Shown: positions 1 through 9,450 of the stretch, in pieces | Layout of the letters: every line of letters starts with the position of its first letter | Position numbering within the stretch: the stretch's first letter is position 1 | Origin: Myxococcota bacterium | GTDB lineage: Bacteria > Myxococcota_A > UBA796 > SXON01 | Length of the DNA: 64,000 nt | Assembly: GCA_040386535.1 (NCBI GenBank) | Contig: JAZKFH010000013.1 | Span: forward strand, 160,001-224,000 | Direction of reading: 5' to 3' | Program-made: the position numbers and the translations under genes | The notes under the pieces: generated by a model | The model's database searches: none | What the model was told of the DNA's origin: nothing | Seen by the model: only the letters and a program-made list of their open reading frames with translations

Positions 1-157
1 GGAGCTTGAGGACGCGCTTCGCCGCGCTGTCGCCGTTCTCGGCGCGCGCACGCAACACGAGGCGATCGGAGCCCACGATCGCGATCTCGGAGCCCGAGAA
101 CAGGCCCTGCGCGAGGATGCAGCACGCGATGAGGAGCAGCTCGCCGAGCGGGGTCAC
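1..157 (-). CDS. CNNM/DUF21 (hemolysin-like) membrane protein, N-terminal part; runs off the window edge
   Basis: Manual translation from GTG at 157 gives MTPLGELLLIACCILAQGLFSGSEIAIVGSDRLVLRARAENGD, with the FSGSE.A motif of DUF21; GTGA overlap with the stop of the upstream paralog. Confidence 0.8.
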   Translation of the reverse strand, partial: MTPLGELLLIACCILAQGLFSGSEIAIVGSDRLVLRARAENGDSAAKRVLKL

Positions 158-1500
158 GTGAGCTCCTCGCTGGAGAGGCGCTCATCGGCGCGGATGGTCA
201 CGGTCACCTCGGTGATCCGCCGCCCGTCGACACCCGAGACGAGAAAATGCAGGCCGTTCCACTCGACCTCGTCACCCTTCTTCGGCGCGGCGCCGAGCTG
301 GTGGAACACGAAGCCGCCGAGCGTCGTGTAGTCGCCTTCGGGCAGCTCCGTGTCGAAGCGCGCGTCGAAGTCCTCGATGTCGATGCCGGCGCGCACGGTC
401 CAGACGTTCTCCTGGAGCTGGGTGGCCTCCTTCTCGTCCACGTCGCTCTCGTCGAGCACCTCGCCCACGAGCTCGGTGAGCAGGTCGTCCAGGGTGGTCA
501 GGCCGGCGATGGAGCCGTGCTCGTCGACCACGACGGCCATGTGGTTGTTGTTGACGCGGAACTCGCGCAGCAGGTCCTGGGCGCGCTTGGACGGCGGCAC
601 GAACATCGCCGGATGGAGCATCTTCTGGAGCTGGCGCGCGTGCGGCGGCGGCGCGTTGCGTAGGCGCAGCAGATCCTTCACGAGCAGGACGCCCACGATG
701 TTGTCGGGGTTGCTCTGCCAGATGGGGACGCGGCTGTAGCGGGCCTCCCGGAGCTCCTGGAGCAGCTCGTCCCACGGGGTGGTGAGGGAGAGGGAGAAGA
801 TGTCCGGGCGCGGGGTCATGAGGCGGGACACGGGCAGGTCGCCGAACTCGAACACGCGGTGGATGATCTCCTGCTCCATCGGCTGGATGATGCCGGTCTC
901 GCGCCCCTGGTCGATGAGGGTGCGGAGCTGGTCCTCCTGGAGGCTGTCGTGGAGCGGCGCCGGGGACACGCCGAGGCCGCGGAGGATGAGGTCTCCGATG
1001 CCGGAGAGCACGAACCGGATCGGGCTCACGAGCTCGTTCCAGAAGGCGAGCGGGCGCGCGATGCGCCGCGTCACCGTGCGGGCGAACCGGAGGCCGAGGG
1101 TCTTCGGGAGCACGTCTCCGAAGAGGATGAGGATCGGGGCCACGAGGAGGATGTTCAGCCAAGGCCAGCGGGGCAGCCACGCGAGGACCAGCGCGGCCGA
1201 CACCGCGGAGAGGCCGATGTTGGCGAACTCGTTGCCGATCAACAACGCCGCGAGGAGGCGACGGGGGCGGTGGAGCAGGTGGCGGACGGTCTCACCGACG
1301 CTCGGATCGTCCTTCAGCGCCTCGCGGTCCACCTTCTGCAGCGAGAACAGGGCGGTCTCGCTGATCGAGAAGAACATGCACAGCAGCAGCAGCGTGAGGA
1401 GGATCCCGACCGTGAGCGGGAGCCCCGCGGACGCGAGCGTGGGGACGGGAGCGGCCGATTCGGCGGAGAGCGCGAGCGACACGGCGAGCAGCGGACTCAG
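154..1500 (-). CDS. CNNM/DUF21-CBS-CorC hemolysin-family transporter
   Basis: FFSISETALFSL, LLIGNE, FGDVLPK, CBS pair (MTPR, YSRVP, VVDEHG), CorC-like YTTLGG. Start uncertain: CTG at 1500 or ATG at 1560; the 2103 start in the ORF track overlaps thiL. Confidence 0.88.
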   Translation of the reverse strand: MSPLLAVSLALSAESAAPVPTLASAGLPLTVGILLTLLLLCMFFSISETALFSLQKVDREALKDDPSVGETVRHLLHRPRRLLAALLIGNEFANIGLSAVSAALVLAWLPRWPWLNILLVAPILILFGDVLPKTLGLRFARTVTRRIARPLAFWNELVSPIRFVLSGIGDLILRGLGVSPAPLHDSLQEDQLRTLIDQGRETGIIQPMEQEIIHRVFEFGDLPVSRLMTPRPDIFSLSLTTPWDELLQELREARYSRVPIWQSNPDNIVGVLLVKDLLRLRNAPPPHARQLQKMLHPAMFVPPSKRAQDLLREFRVNNNHMAVVVDEHGSIAGLTTLDDLLTELVGEVLDESDVDEKEATQLQENVWTVRAGIDIEDFDARFDTELPEGDYTTLGGFVFHQLGAAPKKGDEVEWNGLHFLVSGVDGRRITEVTVTIRADERLSSEELT

Positions 1501-2459
1501 GGGGCCTCCCCTGTCCGAGACGGTCGCGGATGGAAGTGCGCGAACAGGGGCCGAGGCCATTCTCCGCCGCCGAGGAGGCGAAGCCCTGGCGCGGCCTCCA
1601 GCCGCCCCACGCGACCTATCGAAATGTCCTGCATGCTGGCGACGGATCGTACCGCATCTCGGTCGGCCGCGGCGGCACAGAACAACAACTCGTAGTCTTC
1701 TCCGAAGGCGACCCGCCAGGCGAGGGGCGCGTCCCCCGGGACCGCGGCGGGGTCGATCTCGGCGCCGCAGCCGGACGCGACGCAGAGGCGACCGAGGTCC
1801 CTCGCGAGCCCGTCCGACAGGTCCATCATCGCGGTGGCGAGGCCCGCCTCCGCGAGGGCCGCCGCGAACCGGGCCGGCGGCTCGGGCCGCCGCAGACGGG
1901 CCTGGGCCTCGGGGCGTGGCGCGTCCGACAGGAAGCCCTCCGCGGCGAGCCCGAGGCGCCCGGTGACCCAGATGTCGTCCCCCACGGCTCCCGTGCTCCG
2001 GAGGACCGGCCGCGACGCGTGGCCGCCCACCGTGAGCGACGCCGTGCGGACCGGGGCGCGCGTGGTGTCCCCGCCCACGAGCGCGACGCCCCACCGCGCG
2101 CACGCGGCGTGCAGCCCGCCGGCGAAGGCGTCAACCCACGCGCGGTCCAACGGGCTCGGCAGGCTCAAGGCCAGGAGCGCGTAGGTGGGGCGCCCGCCCA
2201 TCGCCGCGATGTCGGAGACGTTGACGGCGACGAGCTTCCAGCCCACGTCGGCGGGGGTCAGCTTGTCGTCCCAGTGCACGCCCTCGACCATGGTGTCGAC
2301 GGTGAGGATGCGGCCGTCGTCAAAAAGGGCGGCGTCGTCCCCGATGCCGACGCGGAGGCCCGCCGGGAGCGCCGTGCGCGTGGTCAGACGGTCGATGACC
2401 CAGTCTTCGCCAGGGTCGGGGCCCGGGTCGTTGGGCCCACTACTGTCACTGGCCGGCAT
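1497..2459 (-). CDS. thiL: Thiamine-monophosphate kinase
   Basis: GIGDDAA, D.MVEGVH, NVSDIAAMGG, GGDT, DLSDGL and GEDYELLF motifs. Confidence 0.93.
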   Translation of the reverse strand: MPASDSSGPNDPGPDPGEDWVIDRLTTRTALPAGLRVGIGDDAALFDDGRILTVDTMVEGVHWDDKLTPADVGWKLVAVNVSDIAAMGGRPTYALLALSLPSPLDRAWVDAFAGGLHAACARWGVALVGGDTTRAPVRTASLTVGGHASRPVLRSTGAVGDDIWVTGRLGLAAEGFLSDAPRPEAQARLRRPEPPARFAAALAEAGLATAMMDLSDGLARDLGRLCVASGCGAEIDPAAVPGDAPLAWRVAFGEDYELLFCAAAADRDAVRSVASMQDISIGRVGRLEAAPGLRLLGGGEWPRPLFAHFHPRPSRTGEAP

Positions 2460-4365
2460 CGACAGGCTCCGGGGGCTGGAGCGGCCGCACGCCTTCGCGC
2501 GTGACCGTCAGGAGCCGCCAGGTACGGGTGAGCTGGCGATCCGGGCCGAAGCCGAGCGTGCCGGCGACGGGGTTCTCGAGGCGGGCCGACGTGAGCGCCG
2601 CGGTGCGGTCGCCGCCGGCCGCCACGATGGCGGCGACGAGCCGCGCAGTGTCGTACGCCGCGGCCTCGACCACCGTGGGCTCGCCCTTGCCGCGCTCGCG
2701 CCAGGCGTCCACGAAGGAGTCGGTCGACGCGTCGTCCACCCGGGCGTCGAACGCGTCGACGAAGATCGAGTCCAGCACGTAGGTGCCGCCGCGGCGCGCG
2801 AGCTCGTCGTTGTTCCAGGCGTTGAGCCCGAGGAGCACGACCGACGCGTCGTCGCGGTGCGCCTTGAAGCGCCCGACGGGAAACTCCTCGAACGCGAGGG
2901 CCGACGCGAGCAGGGCCACGCGCTGGTAGGAGTCGGGGATGAAGATGGCCTCGTAGTCGATGAGGGGCGGGAGCACGACCTTCTTGGGATCCTGCTTGGC
3001 CCTCTCGGCGTCGCGCTTGAGCTGCGCGTACTCGCCCGACCGGGCCGTGTAGTCCTTCTTGCCGAGCACCTTGGCGGTGGCGCGGAAGTCCTTCTGCTCC
3101 GGATCGTAGGCGGCGCGGGCCTGCACGGAGCCCCCGCGGGCCTTCACGGCGTCCGCGAAGATGCGGGCCGCGTTCTCGCCGAAGGGGGTGCTGGGGTTGA
3201 CGATGGCGTACCGCTTGACCGCGCGCACGTCGAAGGTCTCCTTCAGCAGGGCCTCGACGAGCTGCTCGGTGCTCGGAAAGGCGCGGTACACCTGGTCACC
3301 GGCGGCGAGCACCTCCTCCGAGGAGGTCAGTGTCAGCAGCGGAACGCGGAGCGCCTGCGCGGTGGCGGCGCACTCCAGCGACTCCTCCTTGAGGAGGGGC
3401 CCGATGACGAGGCTCGCGCCTTGCTGGAGGGTGGCGAGCTCCAGCGCCTTCACGCACTTCTCGGCGGTGCCGCCCGTGTCGAAAAAGGCGAGGCGGAGCT
3501 TGCCGCCCGCGTGCTGATTGCCCATCTCGATCGCGGCGCGGAGGCTCTCGGCCGGGAGCGCGTAGGTCCCCGTGAGCGGCAGGAGCACCGCGACGAGCCC
3601 CGGATCGACCTTCGTTCCGGACGCGGCGCGACGAGCGGCGTAGGCGGCCTCCCGCGCGAACGGCGAGTCGGCGAAGCGCTCGGCGAAGGTCGCGGCGAGC
3701 TCGCCGGCCTTCGGGAGATCCCCCTTGGTCACCGCCGCGCGGATGGCGGCGATGGCCTGGAGATCCGCGGGATCCTTGGAGGGCGGCGCCGCGGAGGGCC
3801 CGCCGCCGTAGTTCTCCCACACGGCGTCCACCGCCGTGCTGACCCGCTTCGCGACGTCCTTCTGGTCGTTCGCGTAGCGCACGGCCTTGTCGCCGAGGGT
3901 GCGCACCACGTCCGACGGCGCGCCCTCCGCCGCCTTGGCGCGCGCGAGGAGCAGGTAGCGATCGGCGTTCAGGGAGTCGGGGACGCCCTTGTCGCCGATG
4001 AGCTCGAGCGTCGCCAGGGTGTTTCCGCTCGCCTCGCCCTTCGCGTCGACCACCGCCATGCCGAGCACGGCGGGCTCCTTGGCGGGGGAGGTGGGATGAT
4101 CGCCGGCCACGGCCTCGAAATGCGCGCGCGCCCCGACCAGATCCCCGGAGAGGCGCCGGAGCTCGCCCGCATACAGCAGGAGCCACGGGAGCTCGCTCTC
4201 CGCGACCTCGCCGCGGGAACTCTCGAGCAGCTCCGCGCCGGCGGTCCGGTTCTTCATCTCCAGCGCTTTCTGGACCGGGTCGGGCATGCGGGGTGCGGCG
4301 GCGCACAGGAGCAGGATCGGGAGCAACCCCGGGAGCGCGGCGAGCCCGCGCAGAACGCCCTTCAT
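2446..4365 (-). CDS. LpoA-like penicillin-binding protein activator / type 1 periplasmic-binding-fold protein
   Basis: Signal peptide from ATG 4365 (ATGA overlap with dnaJ stop), helical N-terminus, VLLPLTG.YA, VIGPLLK, AIFIPD and AYD motifs. Confidence 0.75.
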   Translation of the reverse strand: MKGVLRGLAALPGLLPILLLCAAAPRMPDPVQKALEMKNRTAGAELLESSRGEVAESELPWLLLYAGELRRLSGDLVGARAHFEAVAGDHPTSPAKEPAVLGMAVVDAKGEASGNTLATLELIGDKGVPDSLNADRYLLLARAKAAEGAPSDVVRTLGDKAVRYANDQKDVAKRVSTAVDAVWENYGGGPSAAPPSKDPADLQAIAAIRAAVTKGDLPKAGELAATFAERFADSPFAREAAYAARRAASGTKVDPGLVAVLLPLTGTYALPAESLRAAIEMGNQHAGGKLRLAFFDTGGTAEKCVKALELATLQQGASLVIGPLLKEESLECAATAQALRVPLLTLTSSEEVLAAGDQVYRAFPSTEQLVEALLKETFDVRAVKRYAIVNPSTPFGENAARIFADAVKARGGSVQARAAYDPEQKDFRATAKVLGKKDYTARSGEYAQLKRDAERAKQDPKKVVLPPLIDYEAIFIPDSYQRVALLASALAFEEFPVGRFKAHRDDASVVLLGLNAWNNDELARRGGTYVLDSIFVDAFDARVDDASTDSFVDAWRERGKGEPTVVEAAAYDTARLVAAIVAAGGDRTAALTSARLENPVAGTLGFGPDRQLTRTWRLLTVTREGVRPLQPPEPVDAGQ

Positions 4366-5444
4366 CGTCGGCTCCTGATCGTCTGTTCCCACGCGAGGCG
4401 CGCCGGATGGGCGTCCTGCCCCAGCCGCTCGCCCAGCGCGGTGACGGCCGCGCGCTGATCCGGGGTCAGGGCCGCGGGGACCTCGACCACGACGCGCACG
4501 TGCAGGTCGCCCTTGGCGCCACCGTCGATCGCCGGGAGCCCGCGGCCGGGCAACCGGAAGGTCTTTCCGCTCGGGGTGCCCGAGGGGATCCGGATGGTGG
4601 TGCTGCCCGCCAGGGTCGGCACCGCGATGTCCGCGCCCAGGGCCACCTCGGGGAAGGTGACCGGGATCTCGCACAACAGGTCGGCCCCGCGGCGGCGGAA
4701 GAGGGCGTGATCGTCGACATTGACCATTACATAGAGATCCCCCGCTGGCCCCGGGGTCGTCCCCGCGAAGGCGGCGGGCTCGTGGCCCTTCTGGCGGAGC
4801 TTGAGCTTCTGCCCGGTAGCGACGCCCGGAGGCACCTTCACGCGGAGCTTGTCGTCCAGCGGGTGGCGACCCTCGCCCGTGCAGCGGTCACACTTCTTGG
4901 CGGGCACGTAGCCACGCCCGTCACACGTCGCGCAGTCGGTCCGGAGCAGCCGCCGCGTGGGGGACTTGCCGCTGCCGCTGCACGTCGCGCAGGGAACCCG
5001 ATCCTCGGGGTGATCGCCGGTGCCGTCACATTTCTTGCAACGGACCGTGCGCGGGATGTCGAGGGTCCGCTCGACACCGGTGGCCGCCTCTTCGAGCGTG
5101 ATGGTGAGCGTGTACTTCAGATCCTCGCCCGCGCCGCCCGGCCGACGGCGGCGAAACAGGCCGTTCAACGTGTCCCGCAGGATGTCGTTGAGCTCGTCGG
5201 GGCTGGGGGGGCGCCCGGTGTGCGTGTAGAGCGGCCCGAGGCGGTCGTAGCGGGAGCGCTGCTCGGTGTCACCCAGCACCTCCCAGGCTTCGGCGCACTC
5301 CCGGAAGCGACGCTCGGCGTCGAGATCCCCCGGATTGCGGTCCGGGTGGAACTTCATCGCGAGGCCCCGGAAGGCGCGCTTGATGTCCTCGGACGAGGCG
5401 TTTTTCGCCACCCCCAGGACGGCGTAGTAGTCGCGGCGCGCCAA
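4362..5444 (-). CDS. dnaJ: Chaperone DnaJ
   Basis: DYYAVLGV...HPD J-domain, four CxxCxGxG repeats, C-terminal GDLYV and ALGA.I.VPTL; TTG start. Confidence 0.92.
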   Translation of the reverse strand: MARRDYYAVLGVAKNASSEDIKRAFRGLAMKFHPDRNPGDLDAERRFRECAEAWEVLGDTEQRSRYDRLGPLYTHTGRPPSPDELNDILRDTLNGLFRRRRPGGAGEDLKYTLTITLEEAATGVERTLDIPRTVRCKKCDGTGDHPEDRVPCATCSGSGKSPTRRLLRTDCATCDGRGYVPAKKCDRCTGEGRHPLDDKLRVKVPPGVATGQKLKLRQKGHEPAAFAGTTPGPAGDLYVMVNVDDHALFRRRGADLLCEIPVTFPEVALGADIAVPTLAGSTTIRIPSGTPSGKTFRLPGRGLPAIDGGAKGDLHVRVVVEVPAALTPDQRAAVTALGERLGQDAHPARLAWEQTIRSRR

Positions 5445-5524
5445 GGCCTGATCCTCCGGCCGATAGCTAACGCGTGCCGAGGCAGCTCGTTGTCGTTGAA
5501 GGCGCGGATGTACGGAGGACGGGG

Positions 5525-7405
5525 CTACTCGTCATCGACGAGATCGCCCTCGAGCGCGAGGGAAGGGCCTCCTCCCGACGCGAAGCTGGCCGGCGCGTTG
5601 CGCGCCGCCGCGTAGATCGACTCCGCGATCCGCTGCGCCGCCACGGCGAGCGCCTCGTGGGCCCGCCCGACGACCGTGCTGTCTCCCGTGTCCATCGCGC
5701 GTTCGGCGACCGTGAGCGCGTCCCGAATCTGGGCGGCGTTGCCCGCGTCGAGCAGCTCGCCGTACTCGTCCATGCTTCGGCGGGTGGTGTAGATGAGACC
5801 GTCCAGCCGGTTGCGCGCCTCGGCGGCGGTCCGGCGCTCCTGGTCCTCTTCGCGGAACTGCTCCGCGTCGCCGATCATCTGCTCGATGTCGCCCTCGTGC
5901 AGGCCCGAGTTCGACACGATCCGCATGGATTGGGCCTTGCCGGTGCCGCGGTCGCGCGCCTGGACGTGCAGGATGCCGTTGCTGTCGAGCTCGAAGGTGA
6001 CCTCGATCTCGGGGAGCCCGCGTGGTGCCGGCGGGAGGCCGTGCATCTCGAGGTGGCCGAGGGACTTGTTGTCGTCCGCGAACTCGCGCTCGCCCTGCAG
6101 GATGTGCACCCGGACCATGTCCTGGTTGTCCTGCGCGGTCGTGAACACCTTGCTCTTGCGGCACGGGATCGTCGTGTTTCGGCCGATGATGGGCTCCGAG
6201 AGCCCGCCCGCGGTCTCGATGCCGAGCGAGAGCGGCGTCACGTCGAGGAGGAGGATGTCCTTTACGTCGCCCTTGAGCACCGAGCCCTGGATCGCGGCGC
6301 CGATGGCGACGACCTCGTCGGGATTGATGCCGCGCTCGGGGGCCTTGCCGAAGATCTCGGCGACCTTCTCCTGCACGCGAGGCATGCGGGTCATGCCGCC
6401 GACGAGCAGGATGGCGTCCAGGTTTCCGGGCTTCAGACGCGCGTCGGCGAGGGCCTGGCGGCAGGGGGCCTCGAGCCGTTCGATGAGGTCGGCGCAGAGC
6501 CCCTCGAGGCGGGCCCGGGAGAGCTCGGCCATCAGGTGGAGGGGGCCCGAGGGGGTCGCGGTGACGAAGGGGAGGTGGATCTCGGTCTCGGTGGTGTTCG
6601 AGAGCTCGTGCTTCGCCTTCTCCGCGGCCTCCTTGATGCGCTGCATGGCGACCGGATCACCCGCGAGCGACACGCCGGTCTCCTTGCCGAACTGTTCTAC
6701 GAGCCACGCGGTGATGCGGTTGTCGAAGTCCTCGCCGCCGAGGAACGTGTCGCCGTTCGTGGAGCGCACCTCGAACACGCCGTTGTCGATCTCGAGGATG
6801 GACACGTCGAACGTGCCGCCGCCCAGGTCGAACACGGCGATGCGCTCGTGCCCGCGCCGCCCCATGCCGTAGGCGAGCGCCGCGGCGGTCGGCTCGTTGA
6901 TGATCCGCAGGATGTCGAGGCCGGCGATGCGGCCGGCATCCTTCGTGGCCTGGCGCTGCGCATCGTTGAAGTACGCCGGCACCGTCACGACGGCCTCGGT
7001 CACCTTCTCGCTCAGGTAGGCCTCGGCGATCGACTTCATCTTCTCGAGGATGATCGCGGAGATCTGCTGGGGTGACCACGCCTTGCCGTCGACGCGGACC
7101 CACGCGTCGCCATTGTCCGCGCGCTCGATGGTGTAGTTCACCAGGTCGAGGCTCTTCTGTACTTCGGCATCGTCATATCGGCGCCCGATCAGGCGCTTGG
7201 CCACGGATACGGTTCGGGGAGCGTTGGTGACCGCCTGACGACGGGCGATCTGGCCGACGAGACGGTCCCCGTCGCGCGTGAACGCCACCACGGAGGGGGT
7301 GGTCCGGCTGCCTTCGTCATTAGGGATGACGAGCGGATCGCCGTGTTCGAGGACGGCCACGCACGAGTTCGTCGTGCCCAGATCGATACCGATAACCTTT
7401 GACAT
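5525..7405 (-). CDS. dnaK: Chaperone DnaK (Hsp70)
   Basis: [32 protein letters not shown] and [13 protein letters not shown] 7405 preceded by GGAG. Confidence 0.97.
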   Translation of the reverse strand: MSKVIGIDLGTTNSCVAVLEHGDPLVIPNDEGSRTTPSVVAFTRDGDRLVGQIARRQAVTNAPRTVSVAKRLIGRRYDDAEVQKSLDLVNYTIERADNGDAWVRVDGKAWSPQQISAIILEKMKSIAEAYLSEKVTEAVVTVPAYFNDAQRQATKDAGRIAGLDILRIINEPTAAALAYGMGRRGHERIAVFDLGGGTFDVSILEIDNGVFEVRSTNGDTFLGGEDFDNRITAWLVEQFGKETGVSLAGDPVAMQRIKEAAEKAKHELSNTTETEIHLPFVTATPSGPLHLMAELSRARLEGLCADLIERLEAPCRQALADARLKPGNLDAILLVGGMTRMPRVQEKVAEIFGKAPERGINPDEVVAIGAAIQGSVLKGDVKDILLLDVTPLSLGIETAGGLSEPIIGRNTTIPCRKSKVFTTAQDNQDMVRVHILQGEREFADDNKSLGHLEMHGLPPAPRGLPEIEVTFELDSNGILHVQARDRGTGKAQSMRIVSNSGLHEGDIEQMIGDAEQFREEDQERRTAAEARNRLDGLIYTTRRSMDEYGELLDAGNAAQIRDALTVAERAMDTGDSTVVGRAHEALAVAAQRIAESIYAAARNAPASFASGGGPSLALEGDLVDDE

Positions 7406-7478
7406 CAATCCAGCTCCGTACAGCGTTTCCAGGCAGCAAAGCAAGCTTCGACGCAGGCTTCGACGTGGGATACCACGA

Positions 7479-8240
7479 TTATTCGTTCGGGGGCGCGGAG
7501 ACGGTCACCCGCGCCGGACGGAACAGCCGCCCGCGCAGACGGAAGCCGGCGTGCACCTCGTGCACGATCGTCCCCGGTAGCACGTCGTCATCGTGCACGT
7601 GCAGGACCGCCTCGTGTTGTGTCGGATCGAACAGCGTTCCCCGCTCGGCTTCCACCCGCTCGAAGCCGAGGCGCCCGAGGAGCCGCTTGAACTGCTCCAC
7701 GATCATCTGCAGACCGCCCAGGATCTGGGCCGGATCACTCACCGCGTGCAGCCAGGCGCGCTCCACGTTGTCGTACACGTCCACCACCGGGCGCAGGACG
7801 CGGTCCTCGCCGCGGCGCTCGGCCTCCTCGAGGTCCTTGCGCGCGCGGACCCGGAACCGATCGAAGTCCGCGGAGAGCTCGCCGTGCGCCCGGCGTACGT
7901 CGCGGGTCTGCCGGTCGAAAGTGTCCCGCGACTCGATCGCGCGGCCCAGGTCGCGCTCCAAGCGGCGGATGGTCTCCTGTTGCTCGCGCAGCCGGAACTG
8001 GAGGCGCCGACGTTCGTCGTCCGGGAGGAGCGGCGCGGTGGTCGGCTCGAGGGAGAGCTCGATGTCGTCCTCGTGCTCGTCGGCGGCAGCCGGCTCCACG
8101 TCATTCGTGCCCGTGGGCTCGGCCGCCGGACGGACGTTGCGCTCAACGGCGGCGAGGGCCTCCTCGATGAGGCTCGGATCGATCTCGATCAGGAGATCCT
8201 CCGGCGCCGGCAGCGGCCCGGTGGGCGTCGACTTGCTCAT
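7479..8240 (-). CDS. grpE: Nucleotide exchange factor GrpE
   Basis: [24 protein letters not shown] and [15 protein letters not shown]; directly upstream of dnaK. Confidence 0.9.
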   Translation of the reverse strand: MSKSTPTGPLPAPEDLLIEIDPSLIEEALAAVERNVRPAAEPTGTNDVEPAAADEHEDDIELSLEPTTAPLLPDDERRRLQFRLREQQETIRRLERDLGRAIESRDTFDRQTRDVRRAHGELSADFDRFRVRARKDLEEAERRGEDRVLRPVVDVYDNVERAWLHAVSDPAQILGGLQMIVEQFKRLLGRLGFERVEAERGTLFDPTQHEAVLHVHDDDVLPGTIVHEVHAGFRLRGRLFRPARVTVSAPPNE

Positions 8241-9399
8241 GTCCGTCCGATGCGGGATGGTCGCCAGTATCCGACACCCGGTCGACGACGGGAAGGGGCG
8301 CCCCGGGATCCGCGTCGACGAGCGCGTCGGCGAGCCGAGCGGCAACGGCGTCCGCCACCGGAAAACCTTCCGCCGTAAGGCGCACGTAAGCCCCCTGTTC
8401 GACCACGAGCCCCCCGCGCACGAGGGCCGGATCGACGCGGATCTCCAGCCCCGTCCGCGCGGTGATCACGGCCCGATCGGCACCGTCCACGTGGCGCAAC
8501 GTGGACCAGAGCAGCTCGTAGGCGAGCGCGCGGGGCGCGGGACGCTCGCGGCTCTCGAGCGGATCGGCGGCGGCGAGGTACGCGTCGACGTCGGCGAGGT
8601 TGGCCGCGCGCGTGCCGTCGGGCCACCACGCGTGCGCCGAGGCGCCGAGGCCCGCCCACGGGCGCGCCCGCCAATAGTGCTCGTTGTGGCACGAGCGGTG
8701 CCCCGGCCGCGCGAAGTTCGAGACCTCGTACCGCTGGATGCCGGCGGCTTCGAGCGCCTCGACCGCGGCGTCGTACATCGCCCGCCACAGGTCCTCGTCC
8801 ACCGCGGGGGTGCGCGCGCGCGCGAAGGCCGTGTCGGGCTCGATCGTGAGGCCGTAGAGCGACACGTGGTCGGGGGCGAGCGCGACGACCGCGGCGAGAT
8901 CGGCTTGGAAGGCGGCGAGGGTCTGGCCGGGCACGGCGAAGATGAGGTCGAAGCTCACCGACGCGAACCCGGTCGCCTTGGCCTCGGCCACGAGGGCGCG
9001 CGCGTCGTCGGAGGTGTGCCCGCGTCCGAGCCGGCGCGCCACCACCGGATCGAAGCTCTGGACGCCGAGCGAGAGGCGCGTGATCCCCGCGTCCCGGAAC
9101 GCCGAGAGCGGCACCGGGAGATCGCCGGGGTTGGCCTCCATCGACACCTCCGCGCCGGGCAGCGGATCGAGGGCGGCGAGGATCCGACCGAGCTCGTCCG
9201 GCGGGCAGAGCGAGGGGGTCCCTCCGCCGAAGAACACGCTCGCGGGCCGGCCCGGGAACAGGTCGCGGCGCAACGCCCACTCGCGCACGACGGCGTCCGT
9301 GTACGCGGCGTGCGGGGGGTCACGACGGGTCGACACCGCGAACGCGCAGTACGGGCAGCGCAGCCGGCACCAGGGGATGTGGACGTAGACGCCGTACAT
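8143..9399 (-). CDS. hemW: Radical SAM heme chaperone HemW (HemN-like)
   Basis: MYGVYVHIPWCRLRCPYCAF, FGGGTPS, EANP, RLSLGVQSF, YEVSNFA and HN..YW. Confidence 0.9.
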   Translation of the reverse strand: MYGVYVHIPWCRLRCPYCAFAVSTRRDPPHAAYTDAVVREWALRRDLFPGRPASVFFGGGTPSLCPPDELGRILAALDPLPGAEVSMEANPGDLPVPLSAFRDAGITRLSLGVQSFDPVVARRLGRGHTSDDARALVAEAKATGFASVSFDLIFAVPGQTLAAFQADLAAVVALAPDHVSLYGLTIEPDTAFARARTPAVDEDLWRAMYDAAVEALEAAGIQRYEVSNFARPGHRSCHNEHYWRARPWAGLGASAHAWWPDGTRAANLADVDAYLAAADPLESRERPAPRALAYELLWSTLRHVDGADRAVITARTGLEIRVDPALVRGGLVVEQGAYVRLTAEGFPVADAVAARLADALVDADPGAPLPVVDRVSDTGDHPASDGHEQVDAHRAAAGAGGSPDRDRSEPHRGGPRRR

Positions 9400-9450
9400 C
9401 GCGCCCCGGTATCGCATCCGCCGCTCGCGGCGCGGTGATAGAAGCCGGGG

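Noticed and set aside
2185..9438. Long plus-strand ORFs (757, 440, 533 and 679 aa) opposite the chaperone operon
   Set aside because: Antisense or frame-shadow ORFs expected in very high-GC DNA. They have no motifs and overlap well-supported genes.
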